64,000 nt of DNA from Candidatus Latescibacterota bacterium (GTDB lineage Bacteria; Latescibacterota; UBA2968; UBA8231): assembly GCA_965215195.1 (NCBI GenBank), contig CBDCDC010000002.1, positions 2,624,001-2,688,000 of the forward strand. The letters run 5' to 3'. The translations under genes and the position numbers were made by a program. A model generated the notes under the pieces. That model was not told the DNA's origin, ran no database searches, and saw only the letters and a program-made list of their open reading frames with translations. Positions 57,270 to 64,000 of the stretch are shown here, piece after piece; position 1 is the first letter of the stretch; each line of letters begins with the position of its first letter.

Positions 57270-59693
57270 CTACTTGAGCAACAGCATCTTCTTGACTTCG
57301 CGGAACTCACCACCCGCCTGCAGGTGGTAGAAATACAACCCCGACGACAAGCTGTGCCCGCTGTCGTTGGTCGCGTCCCACTCCACCACATACCGACCCG
57401 CGCTCTGATGCTCGGCCACCAGCGTCCGAACCGCCTGACCAACCACGTTATACACGGTCAGTTCCACGTCCGCCGCCTGCGGCAACGCATACCGGATCGT
57501 CGTCGCCGGGTTGAACGGGTTCGGATAGTTATTCGCCAACGCGAACACCGCCGGCCGCGTCTGCAACGCCACCGGAGCCGGCAGCACCAAGCGGTTGAAG
57601 CCAACGCTGTCATACGTCTGGCTGTCGGTGATCTCGATGACCGTGCTCTCGATCTCCGTCGTCGGCCGGAACACCAAGCTCAGCCCCACCTCCCCGTCGG
57701 AGACCACCGCGCCGTGAGCGACCAGCGCCAACACGCCGGCGTCGTCGGACAGCACCTGCGGGGCAGCCAACGCACTCCCGCCCAGCGGCTGATCGGTCAA
57801 CGCCTCGACGAACTCCAGCTTGTCGGCGTCGTATTGCACCTGCAAGCCGTAGCCCTTGACCGCGACGAAGTCGGCCATGCGCACGTCAAGGACGAAGTCC
57901 TCACCCACGCTGGGCAGCGCCGTGCGCGCATCCACATACAGTCGCGCCTCTGCGTTCAGACCGGCGAACAGGGGCACGCGCTTGCCAGCGGCAGCCGTAC
58001 TGCGACCAAAGTGATCGGCAAAGACGAAGAAATCGTCGAAGTCGATCGCCGCACTCGGTGCCAAGTCAAACGCCGGATCAAAACCAACGTCTTCGGCCGT
58101 CAAACCGAAGAAATCCGCTAGAATGAAGAAGTCGTCGAAGCCTACGCGGTTGTCCGCGCCGAATAGGCCGAAGAGGGCGCGCCCTTCGCTATCGACCACG
58201 CGGTTGCGCACGGCCAGCGCCGTCTGCTCAAGCTCGGAACCCGTCTCGTTGTCTGCGTCGTAGGGCCGCACCTGATAGGTGTAGCGCACCCCGTTGAGCG
58301 CCGTCGCATCGACAAAGGACGCAACGCCGGCATCGACTTGCGCGACCAAGACGAATTCGTCTTCGCCCGCTGCACGGCGATAGATGCCGTAGCCACGCAC
58401 ACCGACGACGGGCTCAGTCGTGGCCGGACCAATGGCTCCGGCCACGACGCCCTGCAAGAGGCGATCAGATGGCGAGAGCGTCCACGTCAGGACGATGCGG
58501 CTGCCCTCGTCGTTGGGCGCATCCAAGACGCGGAGCGACGGCACGGCTTCCGGCGCGATATTGTCGATAGCGCGAACCGGCTCTTCCGTGACGGTGATGG
58601 CCGAATGTTGTATGCCCTCAACCTGCCTCAGCTTCGGGGCCACGCCTTGAGCGAAAGCAAGCGCTTCCGGCAGCAGCGAGGCGAACACCGGCGCATCACC
58701 GGCTTGAGCCGCTTCCCGGCTGGCCAGCAGCGTCTCGGCCATCAACTCGTAGGGCTGGTTCACGTCTGCGGCGCGGACGAATGCGGCCTTCGCAGCATCG
58801 TGCGTGGTGCGGCCTCCGCGCTCGGCGGCAATGCCCCAGTTGGTAGCGACATTGTCGAGCGTGGCGACGATGGCGCGGCCAATCTGCACGCCCGGCACGG
58901 CATCTACCATGGCCCAAGGAACCATCTCGCCGTCCAGCGCGGGTATTTCGCGGAAGATGCGATAACCGTCCAGCGTGTCGTGATCGTCCGACAGGTCCCA
59001 AGTCAGCAGGACAAAGCCGCCTTGGTCGCCAGCACCATCGGCACCCTTGTAGTCTTCGGCCACCAGCACGTCGGGAGCATCCAAAGACTGCTCCACGACC
59101 GCCACGAGGAACGGCAACGGCCGCGAAGCAGAAGCACCGCTGCCGTCCATGACCGTGTACGTAATCACGACAGGTTCGCTCAACTCGGTGGGCGTACCCG
59201 AGATCGTCCGCGTGGCCGCGTCAAACGACAGGCCCGCGGGGAGCCCGGATACGCTATACGTCAGCGGCGGGGTGCCGCCCGTAACCTCCGGCAGCGGCAG
59301 CGGCTCAATCGCCTTGTCCACCTCATACGTCCGTATAGTGTCCGGCAACTTCACCTCAATGCTGAACGGCGGCAACGACGTACTGGCATTGGCACCGTCG
59401 GTCACCGTGTACGTGTACTCCGTGGCCGGGGCCGCCGCTAGCGGCGTACCCGAGATCGTCCGCGTGGCCGCGTCAAACGTCAAGCCCGCAGGCAGGGCCG
59501 GCGCGAGGCTGTAGGTAAGCGGCGGGGTGCCGCCCGCAACCTCCGGCAGCGTCAGCGGCGCTATCGCCGTGCCCACCTCATACGTCAAGATTCCGGTCTC
59601 GTGTTCATCGGCCAAGGCGGTATGAGCACCGGGAAATAGGCCGCTTGCCCCCAAAAGAGCCAGCGAGACAAAAGTCAAAAACGTTCGCTTCAT
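57270..59693 (-). CDS. Secreted protein: 2 putative Ig domains, FN3-like, EF-hand/dockerin-like, cohesin-like, FlgD-Ig/T9SS-like CTD
   Basis: AAGGAG RBS, ATG 59693; VGFDDFFILADFFG / IDFDDFFVFADHFG; VGEDFVLDV..VKGYGLQVQYD..KLEFV; NYPNPFNP. Confidence 0.88.
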   Translation of the reverse strand: MKRTFLTFVSLALLGASGLFPGAHTALADEHETGILTYEVGTAIAPLTLPEVAGGTPPLTYSLAPALPAGLTFDAATRTISGTPLAAAPATEYTYTVTDGANASTSLPPFSIEVKLPDTIRTYEVDKAIEPLPLPEVTGGTPPLTYSVSGLPAGLSFDAATRTISGTPTELSEPVVITYTVMDGSGASASRPLPFLVAVVEQSLDAPDVLVAEDYKGADGAGDQGGFVLLTWDLSDDHDTLDGYRIFREIPALDGEMVPWAMVDAVPGVQIGRAIVATLDNVATNWGIAAERGGRTTHDAAKAAFVRAADVNQPYELMAETLLASREAAQAGDAPVFASLLPEALAFAQGVAPKLRQVEGIQHSAITVTEEPVRAIDNIAPEAVPSLRVLDAPNDEGSRIVLTWTLSPSDRLLQGVVAGAIGPATTEPVVGVRGYGIYRRAAGEDEFVLVAQVDAGVASFVDATALNGVRYTYQVRPYDADNETGSELEQTALAVRNRVVDSEGRALFGLFGADNRVGFDDFFILADFFGLTAEDVGFDPAFDLAPSAAIDFDDFFVFADHFGRSTAAAGKRVPLFAGLNAEARLYVDARTALPSVGEDFVLDVRMADFVAVKGYGLQVQYDADKLEFVEALTDQPLGGSALAAPQVLSDDAGVLALVAHGAVVSDGEVGLSLVFRPTTEIESTVIEITDSQTYDSVGFNRLVLPAPVALQTRPAVFALANNYPNPFNPATTIRYALPQAADVELTVYNVVGQAVRTLVAEHQSAGRYVVEWDATNDSGHSLSSGLYFYHLQAGGEFREVKKMLLLK

Positions 59694-59849
59694 GGTTTTC
59701 TCCTTTAAGTTAAGAATGTAATTTAGCGGGCACTTGTTCACCGAAGCGCACCAGCAAGTGGCTGGCTCTTGACGGGTGCCCCAGTTATTAGCAACAATTT
59801 ATTAACAAAGATAATAAGCACAAGCACTTTTTCGCAATTTAGTAATCGC

Positions 59850-60695
59850 ATGATCATCGACGTCCACAGCCACGCTTGGCAGTTCCCCGAGCATTTCACC
59901 GACCAGTTCCGCCAACAAGCGGCCCAAGTGGCCAAAGCCGGCGAAGCGTTGGATCTGACCGTCAGGTACGAAACTTATCGCGCCGGCGCGCAATCCTGCG
60001 ACAGGACCATCGTCTTCGGCGGCAAGGCCCGGCGCTCTGGTTTGTGGGTGGACGACCGCTATGTCGCCGATTACGTCGCCGCTCACCCAGAGGCCCTGAT
60101 TGGCTTCCTCTCGCTCGACCCCACCCAAGACGGCTGGGAGCAAGAAATGGCCTACGGGCACCAAGAACTCGGCCTCAAGGGCATCAAGCTGCTCTCCATG
60201 TACGCTGGCTTCTACCCGCACGACCCAAGCCTCGACCCGCTGTGGCACTACGCGGCCGAGCACGACCTGCCCGTGCTGCTACACACCGGCACTACCTTCG
60301 TCGCCCAAGCCCCGCTCAACTGCACCTTGCCGCGCCATCTCGACCCGGTGGCCATCCGCTTTCCGGAGGTCAAAATCATCATGGCCCACCTGTCGCATCC
60401 CTACGAGGGCGAGTGCGTGGCCGTCATCCGCAAACACCCCAACGTGTACGCGGACGTCAGCGCCCTCCACTATCGGCCTTTCCAGCTCTACCACAGCCTG
60501 ATGCTGGTACAGGAATACGGCGTCTGGCATAAGTTGCTCTTTGGCAGCGACTACCCCTTTACGACGATCGACGCCTCCATTGAGGGCCTATGCGGATTGA
60601 ACAAAATGCTCGCTGGCACGGCCCTGCCGCGCTTGGACGAGCGCGAGATCCACGCCTTAATTCACCGCGATAGCCTCGGCATCTTGGGGCTTTAA
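59850..60695 (+). CDS. Amidohydrolase family 2 protein
   Basis: IIDVHSH, GLKGIKL, LPVLLHTG, IIMAH, PNVYADVS, LFGSDYP. Confidence 0.92.
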   Translation: MIIDVHSHAWQFPEHFTDQFRQQAAQVAKAGEALDLTVRYETYRAGAQSCDRTIVFGGKARRSGLWVDDRYVADYVAAHPEALIGFLSLDPTQDGWEQEMAYGHQELGLKGIKLLSMYAGFYPHDPSLDPLWHYAAEHDLPVLLHTGTTFVAQAPLNCTLPRHLDPVAIRFPEVKIIMAHLSHPYEGECVAVIRKHPNVYADVSALHYRPFQLYHSLMLVQEYGVWHKLLFGSDYPFTTIDASIEGLCGLNKMLAGTALPRLDEREIHALIHRDSLGILGL

Positions 60696-60770
60696 GGCTT
60701 GCGCCAGATCGCCTTTCCTCATTTAATCCCTTCTGTATCTCATACCCACCTCTTCCAAAGGAGTCGCTCT

Positions 60771-62804
60771 ATGAAGCGCTTACTTCTCAGTGCGTTGTCC
60801 ATCTTCCTCGTCGGCGCACCCGTGGTGGCCGATGACGAAGCGGATGTCGATGTCTATGAAATGGGAGAAATGATCATCACCGGCTCCAAGCTGCCGCAGA
60901 CGCCGGGGAATGTGACCCAGAAAATCTCCATTATCACCGCCGATGAGATGGGCTCTTTAGTCCTCGGCAACGGCAACCTAGCGGAGGTTCTCTCTTACAG
61001 CCCGGGCAACTTTGCCAACGTCCTCTCCCGCAACGACGCCAACTGGGGATCTTCCGGCGGCCTAGCCCATACGTATAAAGGCTACATGCTCGACGGCTTG
61101 CCCATCGACGCCTTCGTCGATCTCCAGAGCCTCGACCCGTGGGCCTTCCAGCGAGTCGAAGACCAGCGCGGCTCGGCTTCGGTCCTCTATCCGACCTATC
61201 TGGCCATGGACTTTGCCGGCAATCAATCGCCGCTGGCCGGGACGGCCAACTTCATTCTCAAAGAGCGCGTTGGGAGCACCCGCACCAGTGCCTCGGCGTA
61301 CTACGGCTCCTACAACACCATCGGCGGCCGCTTCTTCCACCAGCGCGCGGCCGGCAATCTGCACCTCTTCTTCGGAGGGCACCACGAGGATTCGGACTAC
61401 ACCTACTACGGAACCTTTGACGAGGAGGGCAACAGAAACTCTTGGCTGAATATGGATGACGACCCCGAGTACGAGAAAACCAAGATGTACATGCGGGGAA
61501 CCTACTTCCTCGACGACAGCGGCCAGCGGGCTTCCATTTACGCCCACCGCACTTGGCACACCGGCGATGCCGGCCGCATCAACCGGGACTTCGGCCACGT
61601 CTACACCACCCTGAACGCCGGGTACGCAAACCCAATCTCCGACAGGGCCACCGTCCAAGCCAAGGTCGGCTACCGCGACTACGTGCGCCGCTGGGAGGAG
61701 GATGGCATCTGGGAGGATCCCCCTAGCCGCGAACTGCGCTCGGAAGACGGGGTTGACCAGTCCGTCATACCGGCCGATCTCTCCGTCTCTATCACAACCC
61801 GAGAGGCAGACGTGCTCACCGTGGGTGCCGACTACCAGCTCGCCTCGTACGAGACCTCTCGCGAGACCGGCGAGATGAGTCCCGGCAACGACGCCACGGC
61901 CACGGCCTTGGGATTCTACGCCCAAGAGGAGTTCCGCTTGAACGCCCTCACCCTGCGGGCCGGGGCGCGCTACAACATCATCTCCCACGACATCGACCTG
62001 CTACAGGGTGCTCCTCCAAACGAGACCAGCAACTCCTGGAACAAGCTCCTGTACAGCGCCGGGGCGCGCTACAACCACAGCGACGACCTCTCGGTGTACG
62101 CCAACATAGGCACCAGCTTCAAGGCACCCTCCCTCAAATCGGTGGGTGGCACCGTTCCCCCGGACGGCAAGGGCGGCCATCTCCCGAATCCAGACATCAA
62201 GCCGGAGTCCGGGATCAGCATTGACGTGGGAGCGAACTTCCGGCCCATAGAGGGAGTACAGGTCGGCTTGCGCGGCTTCAACATTGAAATCGACGACCAA
62301 ATCGTGCAGCGGGTGGTGCCAGTAGATCCGGATGATCCCGCGCAGTCGCAGGACATCAACGCCGGCAACACCACGACCAATGGTGTGGAGCTAGAAGTCT
62401 CCCACCGCCTCGACGAGACGGTGGAGTGGTTTGCCAACTACACCTATACCAATGCCGAAGTGCAGGAACACCTCGACGAGAACCAAGTCGGCGCCAAGAT
62501 CAACTTCGTGCCGGAAAATGCGATTGGCGCCGGGGTTCACCTCACCTTCTCGCAGGGCTTGCGGGCGACGGTCACCGTGCAGTCCTACAGCGGCATTTAC
62601 CAAGACATTAACAAGGATTCCGAACCCCTCGACGGGTACATCCTGTTGAACGCGCGCCTCGAGCAGCGCGTCCGCACCCAAGACGGGTACGACCTGAGTC
62701 TCTATCTCGAACCGTACAACATCACCGACCAGACCTTTGAGATGCCGTGGCAGTTTCAGGATCCCGGCTTCTCGGTCAACGGCGGCCTGATGGTCTCCTT
62801 CTAG
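60771..62804 (+). CDS. TonB-dependent receptor
   Basis: Signal peptide, EMIITGSK TonB-box-like, plug domain RGSASVLY, NPDIKPE, terminal Phe. Confidence 0.92.
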   Translation: MKRLLLSALSIFLVGAPVVADDEADVDVYEMGEMIITGSKLPQTPGNVTQKISIITADEMGSLVLGNGNLAEVLSYSPGNFANVLSRNDANWGSSGGLAHTYKGYMLDGLPIDAFVDLQSLDPWAFQRVEDQRGSASVLYPTYLAMDFAGNQSPLAGTANFILKERVGSTRTSASAYYGSYNTIGGRFFHQRAAGNLHLFFGGHHEDSDYTYYGTFDEEGNRNSWLNMDDDPEYEKTKMYMRGTYFLDDSGQRASIYAHRTWHTGDAGRINRDFGHVYTTLNAGYANPISDRATVQAKVGYRDYVRRWEEDGIWEDPPSRELRSEDGVDQSVIPADLSVSITTREADVLTVGADYQLASYETSRETGEMSPGNDATATALGFYAQEEFRLNALTLRAGARYNIISHDIDLLQGAPPNETSNSWNKLLYSAGARYNHSDDLSVYANIGTSFKAPSLKSVGGTVPPDGKGGHLPNPDIKPESGISIDVGANFRPIEGVQVGLRGFNIEIDDQIVQRVVPVDPDDPAQSQDINAGNTTTNGVELEVSHRLDETVEWFANYTYTNAEVQEHLDENQVGAKINFVPENAIGAGVHLTFSQGLRATVTVQSYSGIYQDINKDSEPLDGYILLNARLEQRVRTQDGYDLSLYLEPYNITDQTFEMPWQFQDPGFSVNGGLMVSF

Positions 62805-62854
62805 CAACGCGACCCCCGTTAGGGGCTTCGTGGTGGCCCTAGCAAAAATACGGG

Positions 62855-63967
62855 ATGCCCCTACGCGGATCGCTAATGATTCTACTACATCCTTCTCCCA
62901 CGGCACCTTGGTTCCCGGTTCCCCCCTTCCTCGCAGGAAGGGGGGCTAGGTGGGTAGGTTCCATTCTCCTCGCTCTCCTGCTCGCCGCTTCTTCGGTCCT
63001 CGCAGAGGGCGTGGCGGCCACCGACTTCCGCGGTCGCCGCATCGAGTTGGACAAGCCGGCCGAGCGCATCGTCTGCCTGCTCGAAAGCGCCCTCAGCGGC
63101 CTGTACATGCTCGGGGCCGAAGCGCGGCTCGTCGGCATTTCGACCAATATCTACCAAGAAAGCGTCTTCCCGTACTACGCGGCCATGGACGAACGCATCC
63201 GCGAGCGCACCCTGCCCACGCCGGGGAATTGGGACTTCGTCAACATTGAGAGCATGGTGGCACTGCGGCCGGACCTAGTCATCCTCTGGTCGGGTCAGGA
63301 AGAGTCCATCGCTGCCCTCGAAGAGAAGGGGATTCCGGTCTTCGGAGTTTTCATCGAGCGCTTTGCGGATATTCACCGGGAGATCGCCGCCCTCGGCGAG
63401 CTGACCGACACCCAAGAACGGGCTACCGAGCTTCTCGCCATTGCCCAAGAGGAGTTGGAGGGGGTGCAGCGCAAGACCGCCCTCGGCGAAGGGGAAGCCA
63501 AGCCGCGCGTGTACTTCATGTGGGACCAAGGGCCGCTGGAGACGGCCGGCCGCAACAGCACCGTGCAGGAGCTCATTGATCTGGCCGGGGGAATCAACGT
63601 GGCGGCCGACAGCGAGCTAGAGCACCTCATCGTCAATCTCGAAAACGTTCTCGTCTGGAACCCAGAGCTGATCGTCATGTGGTGCAACGACCGGCTCAAT
63701 GCCGAGGACCTAGGCGAGCTGTCCGGCTGGCGCTCGCTCGCAGCCGTGCGCAACGGGCGAGTACGCGAACTGCCCGATCCCTTCTCGTGCGACTTCTGGA
63801 CCCTCAAGTACATCTTCACCGTCGATCTCGTCGCCCGCTGGTGCCATCCAGACCGCTTTTCCGCAACGGATGTGGAAAAACTACGAGCGGACCTGCTGAA
63901 CAAGCTGTACGGGGGACGGCTCGGGGAACTACCACCCCTCTCATACGGGGCAGGAGACGGCCCGTGA
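62855..63967 (+). CDS. Iron-siderophore/cobalamin ABC substrate-binding protein (BtuF/FepB-like)
   Basis: TDFRGR.I.L.KPAERIV, NIES..ALRPDLVI, LAGG.N, WNP..I, AVRNGRV; start 62855 or 62876. Confidence 0.9.
   Translation: MPLRGSLMILLHPSPTAPWFPVPPFLAGRGARWVGSILLALLLAASSVLAEGVAATDFRGRRIELDKPAERIVCLLESALSGLYMLGAEARLVGISTNIYQESVFPYYAAMDERIRERTLPTPGNWDFVNIESMVALRPDLVILWSGQEESIAALEEKGIPVFGVFIERFADIHREIAALGELTDTQERATELLAIAQEELEGVQRKTALGEGEAKPRVYFMWDQGPLETAGRNSTVQELIDLAGGINVAADSELEHLIVNLENVLVWNPELIVMWCNDRLNAEDLGELSGWRSLAAVRNGRVRELPDPFSCDFWTLKYIFTVDLVARWCHPDRFSATDVEKLRADLLNKLYGGRLGELPPLSYGAGDGP
62919..62959 (+). repeat. C/G-rich palindrome of the same family as 2543-2584, inside a coding sequence
   Basis: TTCCCCCCTTCCTCGCAGGAAGGGGGGCTAGGTGGGTAGGT vs TTCCCCCCTTTCGCGTCGGAAGGGGGGCTAGGGGGGGTAGGT. 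Confidence 0.8.
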
Positions 63968-64000
63968 CTAGCGCGTTCCGCCGCCGCCTCATTTACATCC
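63964..64000 (+). CDS. Probable start of the next operon gene (ABC permease expected), truncated by window edge
   Basis: GGAG RBS and GTGA start/stop overlap; only 12 codons visible. Confidence 0.4.
   Translation, partial: MTSAFRRRLIYI

Noticed and set aside
49455-57560. Diversity-generating retroelement (similar 3' ends followed by hairpins)
   Set aside because: No reverse transcriptase in the window, differences between tails are not adenine-specific, and the orphan copy is too short for a template repeat.
60696-60770. Cobalamin riboswitch before the TonB receptor
   Set aside because: The gap is only about 75 bp and has no B12-box motif.
1-64000. Many long overlapping or antisense ORFs in the six-frame track
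   Set aside because: Arg/Pro/Ala-rich shadow frames typical of high-GC DNA, with no recognisable motifs.

Overview
GC-rich bacterial chromosomal window with no rRNA, tRNA, CRISPR array, transposase, integrase or reverse transcriptase that I can see. The gene content suggests a host-associated FCB-group bacterium such as Latescibacterota or Gemmatimonadota, possibly a sponge symbiont; this is inference from the many catabolic enzymes, LRR proteins, Uma2 and TA modules, and secreted proteins ending in an N(Y/F)PNPFNP FlgD-Ig/T9SS-like C-terminal domain (CTD). About 48 genes are present: catabolic enzymes, DAHP synthase, MNT-HEPN, HicBA, RloAB-like, two Uma2 paralogues, two LRR surface proteins, a GldA/F/G-like plus DUF4340 cluster, a second ABC pair, three large modular CTD proteins in tandem, and a TonB receptor/ABC uptake operon. 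Most notable: (1) each CTD-array gene ends in the same tail-plus-hairpin cassette, and a fourth orphan cassette has lost its gene; (2) three MITE-like elements with 7-bp target duplications each carry a different palindromic repeat, and one of these repeat types is also read in frame in a signal peptide; (3) a VLR-like LRR protein; (4) a 17-nt G/C tract in a long structured leader; (5) several broken or duplicated genes. Family assignments come from motif recognition, not database searches.
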